Assembly: GCF_009834535.1 (NCBI RefSeq)
Contig: NC_045696.1
Span: 61,940,001 to 62,004,000 of the forward strand
DNA from: Camelus ferus
Taxonomy: Eukaryota
Length of the DNA: 64,000 nucleotides
Reading direction: 5' to 3'
Shown: in pieces, positions 1 to 12,134 of the stretch
Layout of the letters: each line of letters begins with the position of its first letter
How positions within the stretch are numbered: position 1 is the stretch's first letter
Translations under genes and position numbers: made by a program
The notes under the pieces: model-generated
The model's input: the letters and a program-made list of their open reading frames with translations, nothing else
Databases searched by the model: none
What the model was told of the DNA's origin: nothing

Positions 1-1389
1 TCTATTAAGTACAACTATTATTAGCCATAGGTAGAAAAAGTTAGGTTAATAAAGCTTTTTCCTAATGAGGAAGTAGTGAGGAAAGTCAGGTAAACCAGAT
101 CTGAACAAAGCACTAAACTTTCAGAGAAAGAAATGGATCTATCATTAAGAGATAGCTTTCCTAGTCTTAAACACCACTAGGAAAGTAGATATTTTTGATC
201 AAATGACTCTCACAAGATTTAGAAGATCTTTTTGTAGAGATTTATAGTGTGGAACATATGGGACTTTCCTCTTGTTTTTAGTTCTTCCATCTGTGAGGTA
301 AATGAACCCAATTTTAGACATCCTCAAGAAAGATTACATCACTGGTTCTAATCTTTCCTTCCACCAGAAAATTCACTATATCTTGTTTCACATGCTAGTT
401 GCTTTTTGCACTAACTTCTATATAATTAAAAAAAATTATTCTACTGTAGTGAAAAACTGTCCAAATGAAATTTGTCATCAACAGCTGATTAGCAGAAGTA
501 GGGATGATATGTTGGACTACTTTATTCCTACCTTGGGTAAACACCAGGTAGTTCCTAAGGTTTAACCTAGAACCAGTTTAAGAGAATGACCAGTTTAAAG
601 GATTTTTTTTTAAACACACTTGTGAGAAATCAAGTCATATCGTGATAAGAATGGAAAAGATCTGCAAGGCTGAGTGTGCTATGTGCATGCAAAAAGGTTG
701 AGAGTCAAACCAATTAATCAGGGGGCCAGCTCTGGTTCAAAGATTGGAATCTAAGTACACTACACTAGAATTAGATTTCTTCTAATTACATAATATTAGC
801 CATATTTAATAAGATGCAGAGAGGTTATCACCTAAAGAAAATTGGTAGTTAATAATTTTAAAAAACAAACCACAGTCCTTTGATGTTCAATGAACTAGAT
901 TTTCTTAAAAGATTAGGGCTGTCTCCATGGTCTGTTTTCTAAATTACAAGGCTATCAGATGATTTCACATTTGACAAATAGCTGTTTTCATCTTTTGCTC
1001 AGATTACTTTCTCCTCATTTACTACTATCCTAAACAGACTATACTTCCCTTAGGACACTCGCAATGAGAATCTGGCACATCCAGCTACTGAATCATCTGA
1101 GTGTTATTCCTGGGAATTTGAAATTCTACAAATTCTGAACTGCTTATTCTAGCAGTCTCCTACATTAGGCGTAAGTCTGTTTTGTAAACAGCCTCCTAGG
1201 ATCTATTATTCTGCATTTAAAGTTTGTTTTAGGATGATAGGCTCCTGTGCAACTACCATGGCGGTGCTCACGGTGGAGATGAAGGGGAGGTGGGGGAAGG
1301 CCTGTCATGGCTGTCGGATCAGAGACCCATTTCTGGCTTTGATCCTTGTTCCTGCAGGCCTGTGGTTGTAATGAAGTACAAGGACATAG

Positions 1390-2045
1390 TGGGAAAAACT
1401 GGAAACAATCTGAAAGTCCTTCAGTCAGTGAATGGATAAGTGTATTGCAGTATATTCATAAAATGGAATCCTACTCAGTAATGAAAATTAACTACTGGTA
1501 TGTGCAGTAACAGATGAATCTTGGATGCATCTGGCTAAATGAAAGAAAGCACACCCAAAATGCTACATATGATATCATTCCATTTATATGACATTCTGGG
1601 AAAGGCAAAACTAGTTTAGGCAGAGAAAAGATCAGTGATTGTCAGAAGTTGGGGTTTGGAGGAGTTATTGACTACATAGGGGTAAGAATGAGAGACGTCT
1701 TGGGGATAATGAAACTGTTCTGTATTCTTGATTGTGGGGGTGGTTACATGACTCTATGCATGTGTCAAAACTTACAGAATTGTACACCGTAATTTTACTG
1801 TAAATAAAAAAAAAATAAAAAGTGTATATAGTAAGAAAGCTAGGATAGTAGCTTCCCTTGCAGTAGGAAGTAGTGACTGGGAGTGAGCTGAGGGGGGTTG
1901 CCTGGGGTGCTGGTCATGCTTTGTTTTTTTGAGCTTCATGCTGGTTATTACATGGGCAATGTTGGTTGTAAAAATTCACTGAGGTATATGTACACTTATG
2001 ATACTAATGCCTTATATATATATATACTTCAATAAAAAGTAAACT
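1390..2045 (+). mobile_element. Old L1 (L1MC/L1ME-like) 3' end fragments
   Basis: aaactggaaacaa...gaatggataa...atggaatcctactcag ORF2-end/3'UTR motifs; A-rich tails near 1802-1820 and 2031-2043. Confidence 0.75.
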
Positions 2046-2809
2046 GAAGAGATGGTGAGAGAATTCCAGTCTTCTCTATCCTCTGGTCTCCTCCCCCTAA
2101 TTCTTCCCACATCTGTTTACTACTATCATCGTAATAGAAACTGCTAGAAAAATCCTAGTGTGAAATCTTCCCTTGTAAGGTTTAGAACCTGTTCCTAAAA
2201 GTCTCAAACAATACCAGTTCACCTGACAACCAATTATGCTCACAATGCTGTTTAGCAGACTAGGATTCGTTTTGCCAGCTCTCAGGTAACCACATTTGGG
2301 GGTGCAATGGAGAAAGAGGTGGTACTAGTGGAAAATCAATGAGAAACTAGTCAGTGAATAAGTAGTGACTATTTTATTTTTAGTTAAGTTGAATGAAAGA
2401 AAATGTATCTTATCTGGGCAATTTAAGTAATTTTTTCCAGGCCTGCTTGTAGACTCTCAATAATTAATGTTCTGGAGAATTGCTAGGGACTGTAGGGCCT
2501 AACACTGTGCACAGACTTAAGAATGGCTTTATGAAAGCTTGATGTCTCCTAGTTCCATGTTTAAGGCTGAGTTACAGTAGGTCACAGTCACAGCATCTCT
2601 GACAAAGAGTAGGAATCCTTAGAAGAGATGAGTAAACATGATTCTAAGGACAGAAATGTAATTTCTTAACTAAAACTCTGTCAAAATTTCTCTATAGGTG
2701 ATGAAGAATGGTGGACCATATTCTTTTTCAGTCTTCCGAGAAAAGACCATAAATACACTCCAGAGCAAGGGGAAGAACAGATACTGAGAGTCAAGTATCA
2801 GACGCTGTG

Positions 2810-3140
2810 GTCGGTGTTGTGTACACACTGCTTTATTTCATCCTTACTAACAATCCTGCAAGGTAGTCAGTCAAGTCTCATTTAAAATATGGCAAAATGA
2901 AGGCTCAGGTTAATTTGTACAAGGGGAGTTAGAACAATTCCAGGCTTCTGATTCCAAAGGAAAAAGGAATTAACTTTTGGAGTGCTCCCCTTTATTTGTA
3001 TCCTTACTGATTCTCAAAATATCTCCATTTTACAGGTAAGTAAACAGAAAGAGGGATGACATGACTTGCCCAACTAATGTTATATAACCAGTAAGTGGCA
3101 AAGTTGGCATTCAAATCAAGCTCTGATTCCATAGCCCACA
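2810..3140 (-). mobile_element. MIR fragments
   Basis: caatcctgcaaggtag, ccattttacagg...gacttgccca..., reverse MIR core. Confidence 0.6.
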
Positions 3141-3959
3141 TTCTTCACATTATAGTACTCTGCAGCCAAAGCCAATGAGAACTACGCTGTGCAATTCAAG
3201 ATAAATGGAATCTTCAACATTGGCCTAACATTTGTGTTCTTCCCTGATGTCTTTCAAATTGGACCACTTCAATAAAATCTCTGAAGTTCACTAAAATTTA
3301 CTTTCTTTTAATCAGTAATTCAAATCTTGAGGAACTGAACTGCCCACTAAATTCAGCTTGCAACATGGGAGGAGAAGGAACTGGAATAGTAGAAAAAACA
3401 CTGTTCCAGGAGCCAAGTGTTAAAAGCTCTACTCCCGGCCCTGCTCCTGATTCACAGAGCAACTTCTACAAGGACACAGGGATCCCTGGGCTCGTTCTAC
3501 CACCTGTGAATCGAGTATTCAAGGCAGAATCTTAGAAGGTAACTGCCTAACACTTTAGAAAACAAATTATCTTCATTATTAAAGTCCTCAAATTGCCACC
3601 TTCGGCATTTAAATACTAGGTAGTGTTTCAGCAGGTATTTGTTGACCAGAGTGTACGCTGCTGGAATGAACCTGTCAAATTCACGTCCATCATTTTTTGA
3701 AGAGCTCCATGCAGATATGGAGTAGGAAAGCAACCAGAGATGTGTATTTACATTTTTGCCAACTTAAGAGTATTAAGAAGCATGTTAAAAATATACAGTA
3801 TTTCATAAAACATTCAAAATAGTATTATTCCCTGTGACTCAGAATAGTGGACTTTTCCCCCCTAATGAATAGTGTCCCATTTTTGGTTCTAAAGAGGTTC
3901 TTTCCTTGTATGTCACTGTGACAGTGTTAGGCTAACTTGTTTCCTAGAAATAGTACTTC

Positions 3960-4330
3960 GAGCTGTGATGGGAGTGACTTGTTCTGTGGGTCTGTCCTTA
4001 CTTATTGCGTGACTCTGGGCAAGGACCTTCATCTAAGTCTATCCTTATATGTAAAGGGGCACTAACATGACAGTAAGTCACAGCACCTTACATAGTTGGG
4101 GCTGAAAAATGAGGCAGCATAGTATATTAGAAAGAACTTGGGGCAGAGAGATTTTGATACCAATACCCAGTACTGCCATTTACTAGCTAAGTAATCTTGG
4201 CCAAGTGATTGTGTTTAAGCCTTACAGTGGGGCTAGTCACTCTTATTTCTTTTGAAAAAATAAGTGATAATATACTAAAGTGGCTGTTGCATAGCAGTAC
4301 TAAGCAATTAGTACTTTTATTAATAATTCT
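3960..4330 (+). mobile_element. MIR fragments
   Basis: ggcagcatagtatattagaaaga...tactgccatttactagctaagtaatcttggccaagt. Confidence 0.55.
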
Positions 4331-6537
4331 ATACAATCTAGAAAGGTGCACAAATGTTAGTATTTTCTTACAAAAAATTACTTAACAAGGACATTCAGAA
4401 AGCAATGTAATATACATTTTAACACATAAATGGTATCATTTTATAACCTCTTGATATTTTAAAACATTTGATCAATAAATATTTCAAAATGACTTATGCC
4501 ACTTTGCTATAAGGTGATTTCTGGGGCTCCTGAGATCATTTTACAGTAATTTTCTTCTAATATGTTTATGTTTGGTAACAACTTATATTTGGCATATAAC
4601 AGCTATGGTATATATGTCAATGTGTTAACATACTCAATTCTAAAACCTACAGAAGAAATTTGATTAGGTTGCTTAATGACTATTGAATTCAGTTTACAGA
4701 TTATGTGATGCACCAAACTTCCAAGAAAATGCTAGCTTGTTAAAATAGTTTTTTTTTTCAGAATACAAGACACATTTAACATACAGATTTTACAATAAAG
4801 TTTATTAGCTGTTCTCCTCTTTCTCATAAATGGAATGGATAATATTGATAATTCTTTACAAAGCAGTACTCATTTGTTTAAGAAACTGTAATGAAGAGGC
4901 TGTCAAAAACATATATTTAATAAACAACTCCAAAAAAGCAATGGGAAGCCAAACAATATTATTAATATATAAAAAGACCAGAGAAATTGAATTCTGAAAT
5001 TATCTACTTTTCACTAAAATTTCTTAGTTGCTCACCATGAGGATCTGTGCAACTCTACTGCAGAGCAGCTACGAGAGATGAAAGGTGTGCAGTCTGAGGG
5101 GAAAACACTCATACACATGAGGCTTTTGCCTATTTGCCTATTAATGAAAGAAAAACTGGAAAGAGAAGCGGAGACCAAATCCAAACCAATGACAAGAACA
5201 ACGGTAACAACAACCCCCCTCCAAAAAACAAAAAACAAAAAACCCCACAAAAAACCAACCAGGAACCAATTGAAAACTTTTGTAGAAAAGAGGAGAACAT
5301 GCCTGTATTTTTACTTATAACCTAATTTCCCTAAAGGTTTCTTTCCGCAACCACCATACCCCTATTTTCATTTCACATGATTAAGGAAGATAAAGTCTAA
5401 TCAATTAATATTTAATTTAAAAACCAAACGAAAAGTTAAGAGTAGGTGGCAAAAGAAAAAAAATATATCTTAAATATATGTTTGTGTGTGCAACTATGTA
5501 AAGAAAATAATTCCCATAGTTACAGAGTTTAAAGAAAGTTTATATATATTTATATATATATATATTTATTATAACAAAATAGTTATTGTGGGTAAAATAT
5601 TCATTAAAATCTGACCCCTAAGAATACATTTAAAGTTTTAGACTATGAATTGGACTCCTTTCCCTTTGTCATAATGATTACTACATCACCACTGTAATGA
5701 CTGTTCTGTATTTGTATCTATGAAATTTTCTCAACCTTATGTGTAAAAGGTGAGCTCCCCTAGCACCTAAACATGGCCTCAATTCAGAAAATGTGATGAT
5801 CATTATATATGAACTTAGGTAAGACACTATAAATAGTGTTGCACAAGAAAATTAAAAACATTTAAACATTGTTATTCCTAGCAAATCTATTGGGGGGAAA
5901 AAACCCTCAAACAATAAAAGACTTTAAGAAGAACTCTTATGAAAAATGAATATCCCTTGTGAAATTACGGAAGTTAAACCAGATATTAATTGTGAAATTA
6001 AAAAACATATGCTTGCCTTATTTGTTTCTAATGAAATATTTGCTTTGATAACAGAAGTCAATTGAGAAAAGGACTTGAGAGCTAATATATTGGCCAAACC
6101 ATGCTATTAAAGCTAAGCGTGCATCGTTGCTCAAAGTTTACTAAATCACTGATTAAAACCACTTTTCTTTCATTTATATTGAAATTTGAAAAGAATGTAT
6201 ATAAAGCTGTTCCGAAAATCTCTTAAAGTTACTTTCCCTTAAACATTAAGGAATTTTACCACAATTTCCCCATCTCCCCAAAAGCTATTAATAGCTGGTC
6301 AGGCCATTCTGTCTTCAGTTATGAAAAATGGCCACAAACGAATGGTGACACAAAATAATACAGATGCTACAATTTGAAGGAGACAGTAAGATGTTAAAAA
6401 TAAGTGCAACTGCAGACCATGATGAGTGGAATATGATTCAACACAGAAGTACTGAAGACAGACTCCAGAAGAAAAGGGCAAAGAAGTGTCAAAGAAAGTG
6501 AGATTGTGGAAAAGAGAAACAGAGAAACATCAAGTCC
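4300..6537 (-). other. DLG1: DLG1 3' UTR (distal end uncertain)
   Basis: AU-rich, repeat-poor stretch after the stop; minus-strand AATAAA at 5565-5570, 4801-4806 and 4316-4321. Confidence 0.75.
4801..4806 (-). terminator. Candidate polyadenylation signal AATAAA
   Basis: tttatt on plus; downstream on minus is GU/U-rich (ctgtatgttaaatgtgtcttgt). Confidence 0.55.
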
Positions 6538-6644
6538 TCATAACTTTTCTTTTGCTGGAACCCAAATGTAAGGACCAGACTGTTCTTCTATAATCTGCTT
6601 CACTTGGTTGTAAATGTCTTCCAGCGTATCTCCCTGTACAATAG
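6538..6644 (-). CDS. DLG1: DLG1 last exon, coding part ([35 protein letters not shown])
   Basis: cag|CT..., 107 nt ending in TGA at 6538-6540; matches DLG1 C-terminus. Confidence 0.98.
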
Positions 6645-7620
6645 CTGCAATGACAGAAACAAAATCAGAAACCTCCATTAATTGTCTATCTTCACCATTA
6701 CAATTACTGGTGAAAGAGTGGAAGCTATTTCTTAGAAATATATACTCAATCAGGAAGAGATATCATTTCATGTACTGTTTGATTAGTAAAAACGTTCATT
6801 AATTTTTCTATTTATAAAATAGAAAAAATTTTCTTTTTGTAAAATAGAAAAATATTTTACAAATAGAAAAATTTTACTTTAAAAATTTATCAGAAGGCAA
6901 GATTTGGTGATTTTTTACTTTGTTTTGTGTATCTGGGAAATACACACTGAAGTATTTAGATGTAAAAAGAGTTAACTGCAACTTTCACTTAAATATTTCA
7001 GAGAAAAATTGTAAATGTGGTAAAATGTTAACATCTGGGGAATATGGGTAAAGAGTATATGAGAATTGCTGGTTCTATTCCTGTGATTTTTCTGTAAGTC
7101 TGAAATTATTAAAAAAAAAAAACCACACAGGTTACAACACCATGACACTTAATAATACTTAATATGAATGATACAAATATAAACTAATCATTATTTCAAA
7201 CAAATAAATAATAACAAAAACTTGTCCAAAAGAATAATTTAAAGAATAAGTAAGGGAAGATTATTTGGGAATTTCTACCCCCTTTTTCTTTTTAAATGAA
7301 TAACATCTTAAAATGGATCAAAACTTATGTAGTATAAGAGAAAAGTTAGTTTCATAGAAGAAATCAGGTCTGAATGCTTTCTTCTAGTCAAGTATGAATT
7401 ATTCCTGTACACTCCTGTCTTTATCATCAACCTAAGAAACATTAAATTTCAATATTCCTCATCACCACAGCCTAGATTAGGTGAATTATTCTGAAAATGG
7501 TAACACTTATTATTACTACTGGTAAATGTGGGCATAGTTCAAAATCTTTTGTAATGGGTCAGTTCATATGGCTCCAAAGCAAGATTCTATCATAAAGGGC
7601 ATTACTACACTGATGCCAAC

Positions 7621-7712
7621 CTGTGAAATGTTCAGTAAATTCTTGTTCCAGTTTCATGGCTCTCTCAAACGTCTTTCTGGCTTGTTCTTCTGTTAGACGT
7701 TTATTCATTTCC
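7621..7712 (-). CDS. DLG1: DLG1 penultimate exon ([32 protein letters not shown])
   Basis: 92 nt, tag|G...CAG|gttggc, phase 2->1. Confidence 0.97.
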
Positions 7713-7899
7713 CTATGCAAATAAATTTAGAAATTGGTGATTACTACATTATAATACTTCTGAATAAAGATGATAAAGGAGAGAAGATACGTATAAAATC
7801 ACGAAAAGTTGAGCTCTGTTGAGAATCTTAATGTCATTAAAAACTATATTTAGTCACTGAATATGTAGTTTTAAACTTGGAATGACAGAAGGATTCCAT

Positions 7900-8480
7900 A
7901 CATTTTTGCATTAATGATCATAAGGAATATTGGTCTGCAGTTTTCTTTTCCTGTAGTGTCTTTGTATGGCTTTTGTATCAAAGTAATGCTAGTCATATCA
8001 CATAGAGTTAGGAAGGACTGACATTAGTTCTTCTTTTAAATGTTAAAATTTACCAGGGAAGCCATCAGATCAGGAGCTTTTCTTTGTTGGAAGTTTTTGA
8101 TTACTGATTCAATTTCCTTAGTACAGAATGATATATATGTATAAAATACATATAACTTACTATAGTTATTGGTCTATTTAGATTTTCTGTTTCTTTGTGA
8201 TTTAGTCTTGGTAGGTTTTGTGTTTCCAGGAATTTGTCCATCTAGGTTATTCATTTTTTTGTTGCCCAATTGTTCACAGTATTCTTATAATCTTCTTTAT
8301 TTCTGTAGAATCAGTAATAATGTCTCTACTTTCATTTCAGATTTTAGTAATCTGAGTCTTCTTTTTTCCCCCTTATTCTAATTCTGTTTACCTAAAGGTT
8401 TGTTATTTTTGTTGATCTTTTTGAAGATCAACTTTTGCAGCCTAACATACGGTCTATCCTGGAAAATGCCCGTGTGCATT
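7900..8480 (-). mobile_element. Old L1 ORF2 fragment
   Basis: aatattggtctgcagttttc...aggaatttgtccatctaggttat, antisense L1 ORF2 pattern. Confidence 0.75.
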
Positions 8481-8599
8481 ACTTCTTAGCTTTTGGTAGA
8501 ATTCAGTAAGTCCTCTTAGCTTAATGTTTTACTTATGAGAAGACTTTTCATAACAGAGTCAAGTTCTTTGGTAGGCATGAGCCTAGATTTTCTATTTCT

Positions 8600-10980
8600 T
8601 TTTTTCCTATTCTATTTCTTCAGATTGTTTTGAAGTATAACTTTCAAACATAAAAGAGGAATATCATAAATGTACATCTTGATGAGTTTTCTGAAACTTA
8701 CGCTTACCTGTATATCTAGTACCTAGATCAAGATCTAGAATATTACACCAGCACCTCAGAATCTGGGTGTGTTCACTTCAGTTACCAATCTACCTTTCAA
8801 AGAGTATCCCCTATCTGATTTCCATAAGCAACGATGAAATTTGGGATCATGGAGTACATATACTTTTAAGTCTGGGTTTTTAAAAAAAACTCAAATTATG
8901 TTTGTGATATTCTTCTATACTTTTGTGTGTAGTTGGAGATTGCTCATTCTCATTACTGTAGAGTATTTCATTGTGTGAACATGTCATAATTTATCTACAC
9001 ACTGATAGGTATTTGGATAACTTCAAGTTTTTGATTATTTAGTACAGTATTTCTGTCTAATCCAGTACATGTTTTTGGTAAACATAAGTAAATATTTCTA
9101 TTTAGTATTTAAGTTATATGCATGTTCAGCTTTAGGAGATACTGTAAACAGTTTACCAATGTGGATGTACCAATTTATATTCTTATTAGTACTATGAGTT
9201 TCAGTTACTCCATATCCTTGCCAACATTTATTTTTTCATCTTAGCTCTTTTGGCATATGGGTGTTAGTATACGACACTGTGGTTTTCACTTGCATTTCTA
9301 TGAGAACTATCTAAAGTGTTGATTGACTGTTTGGATCCTCTTTTGTGCAGTATCTAAGTTCTTTACTCATTTTTCTATGGGTTGCTTGTGTTAACATTTT
9401 TAATGTCTACTATATGTGTAGTGATAGTCCCATTTTCATTTCTAATATTAGATATGCCTTTTAAACTTTCTTTTCTTGATCTTTCTTATTAACAGTTTAT
9501 AGTATTTTCAAAGTAAGTATTTTTCGTTTTGTTAATCCTCTCTACCATATGTTTATTTTATATGCTACTACATCCTCCTAATTTATTTACTTGACAATTT
9601 TATTACCACTGAGTTCAAAACATTTGTTAACATGGTGAGATTTCTTCTGACCCATTAAGAATTTCCAAATATTTGGGATTTTCTAGTGATCTTTTTATTA
9701 TTTACTACTATTTTAATTTCATCATGGTCAGAGAATATTTGTTTTTAATAACTTTAAATCTGTGGCTTAGCATATAGTTTTGGTAATTGTTCTAACTGCA
9801 TTTGAAATTAAGGTATAAATTATACAGACGTTGAGGGCAGTGGTCTACATGTGTCAGTTAGGTAAAGTTCCTAATTTCTGTTGTTCTATACCCTTACTGA
9901 TTTTTTGTCTGTTTTCTTATTCTATTATTTTGTGATTGGTAAGTTCACCATGATTGCAGAATTAGTATTATTTTTCCCGTGTTGTTGTCAATTTGTGCTT
10001 TAGGTATTTTGAAACTGTGCTTTTAAAAGTACAAAGAAATGTATAAACATATCTTCCTGATAGAGAGAACCTTTCACTTTTATCAATGTCCCTCTTTATA
10101 TCTGGTAATACTTTTTTTACCTTGAAGTATACTGTGAAAGCAATATAAACCAGCTTAATTTGTTTAATATTTGCATAGTATATACTTTTTTTCTATTCTC
10201 TTTCAGCCTTTCCACAGAGTAACATTTAAAATGTGTCTTATGAAGCAACAGATAGTTGATGGGTTTTATAGCACACTATCCAAAATATGGCACCTTGACA
10301 TATTGAATATTTTAAGCTGAAGGAATCTGAAAAATGGCAGGTGCAGGAAGGAGACTCTGGCCTTTCCCTGAAGCAGGTCAATAAGATCTTCATATGAGAA
10401 GTGACTTCCTTATATCTGAAGAAAAGGAGCATTTGTATCTCTGAAGATGGAGGGAAGCTGCATGAATAAGCTTTGCTAAGTTTCCACTAGTTTACTATTA
10501 TGTAATATCCTCTGGTCCTATCATATTTTCCTATCACTTCCACTCTTCATCTAACCTAGTATAAAAATGCTCAGGTTTAACCATTTCTTTGGGTCTTCAT
10601 TTTTTATGAAGGGTTCCATGTTATGTAAAACTTAAATAAATATGCATGCTTTTCTCTTGTTAATTGGTCTTTTGTTACAGAGGCCCAGCTGAGAACCTAG
10701 AGGAGTAGAAGGTAAAGTTTCTTCCTCTTCTACGAAAGCTACAAATAGTTGTTTTTTAATTCCTCTATTCTGACAATTTTTGTCTTTTAATTGGACCATT
10801 TCGTCTAGCATTTAACTGATGAAACATTTGGGTTAATTTATACTATCTTACTACCCATATCCTTTTTGACAAACCTGTACTATGTTTCTACTTGCTCATT
10901 CCTCTCTTCTTTTAGTATTTAAATTCTACTTTTTGCTATTAGGCAAGCAGTTATACATTATTTTATTCTCTTAATGGTTA
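8600..10980 (-). mobile_element. Old L1M fragments interrupted by an LTR
   Basis: antisense L1 3'UTR and ORF2 motifs (tatttcattgtgtga...; catggtcagagaatat; cttttaattgg). Confidence 0.6.
10268..10734 (+). mobile_element. ERV1 LTR, MER34-like
   Basis: ccaaaatatgg...attttaagctgaagg start, TATAAAA near 10560, AATAAA 10635-10640, end gaacctag...ttcctcttctac; shares motifs with LTR at 54791. Confidence 0.7.
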
Positions 10981-11084
10981 CTCAGAGCTGCATTGCCCAG
11001 TTAAGTAGGTACTAGACACATGTGACTATTTAAACTCAAATTTCTAATATGTTACTTTATACTTTAGTATATTAATGCTGATGA

Positions 11085-11250
11085 TTATGATAGTTAATAT
11101 TAAGGGTACTTATTTAATCCTTACAATACCCTCTGAGGTGGGTATACTATTACTATCTCCATTTTACATATAAAGGAACTGAGATGCTAGAAGGGTAATT
11201 AAATTACCCAATCTCATAAGTGACAGACTGGATGTGTACTTAGAGGCTGT
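11085..11250 (-). mobile_element. MIR just downstream (in transcript) of the 11272 exon donor
   Basis: atttaatccttacaataccct...ctccattttaca...gaactgag. Confidence 0.7.
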
Positions 11251-11271
11251 GCCTTAGGCATTTACACTTAC

Positions 11272-11381
11272 ATGATATTTTCCATGGATTTGGGTTTAAT
11301 AAAAATGGAGATTGGGTAAAGCTGTGCAATCTGCAATCTCTTTATGGCATTTCCAGACACATCAAGGATACAGTGTTTGCC
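11272..11381 (-). CDS. DLG1: DLG1 exon, GUK ([37 protein letters not shown])
   Basis: 110 nt, tag|GGC...CAT|gtaagt, phase 0->2. Confidence 0.97.
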
Positions 11382-12134
11382 CTAAAATAGAGGGAACAGA
11401 AAAGAAAAACAAGTGAACCAAGTATTTTCAATTGTATCAAAGGTACATTTCTTACAGGTACAAAATTTGATTTATATTTTTGGATCCTGTTCACTTTAAG
11501 CAAACAGGTCATTTCTGTTTTGAAAACAATGAATACTGACTATGGATAGTTAATTTTCCATTCTCAAATTTTACATTTAAAAAGGAATGAAAATACAGTT
11601 CCCTTATTCCTAGCTTTCATAGACCAGTAATCTCTCCAAATGGAACCAATATGGGGTTCCCATCTTATTTTGCTGAGAATGGGCATAAAAAATATCTTAA
11701 GCTACCATTTTATCATAACTATCATTTCACAAAAGAATATGTATGATCAAACAAGAAAGTAAAAGCCCAAAATAAAAGAGAATCTTTAAAACTGAATAAA
11801 TTTAAATTTATAAAATCCCACTATCTCTATTCTATCCTTTTTTTTTTTTCATTTTATTGGGGACCAGCAAAAACTTTACCACAAACTGTAGCATTTGGAA
11901 ACTCCAGTTCTGAATTTAAGACACTTCCCTGACATGCTTAAATTCACTGCCAAAGGCCATTTAGGTTTTTAATAAAGATGAGTATTTCCATGTTAAATAG
12001 GGTAGTACTTCTAATTTATCAGATTTTATTACAACATTTAAAATCAGGTACTCCCCCTAAATGCACTTTGTAATCTAAAGACTTGAGTCTACTTCAATGA
12101 ATGGTAATTTCAACTTAGTAGGAATATTTAAAAT

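Noticed and set aside
1..4300. A downstream gene
   Set aside because: Only old repeats and unassignable sequence; no exon could be supported
5032..5325. Three overlapping small ORFs
   Set aside because: Low-complexity A/C-rich 3' UTR sequence
6815..6880. Short direct repeats (also 29566-29612, 53563-53620, 63013-63058) as an array or CRISPR-like structure
   Set aside because: Only 2-3 AT-rich copies from local slippage, no spacer structure, eukaryotic context
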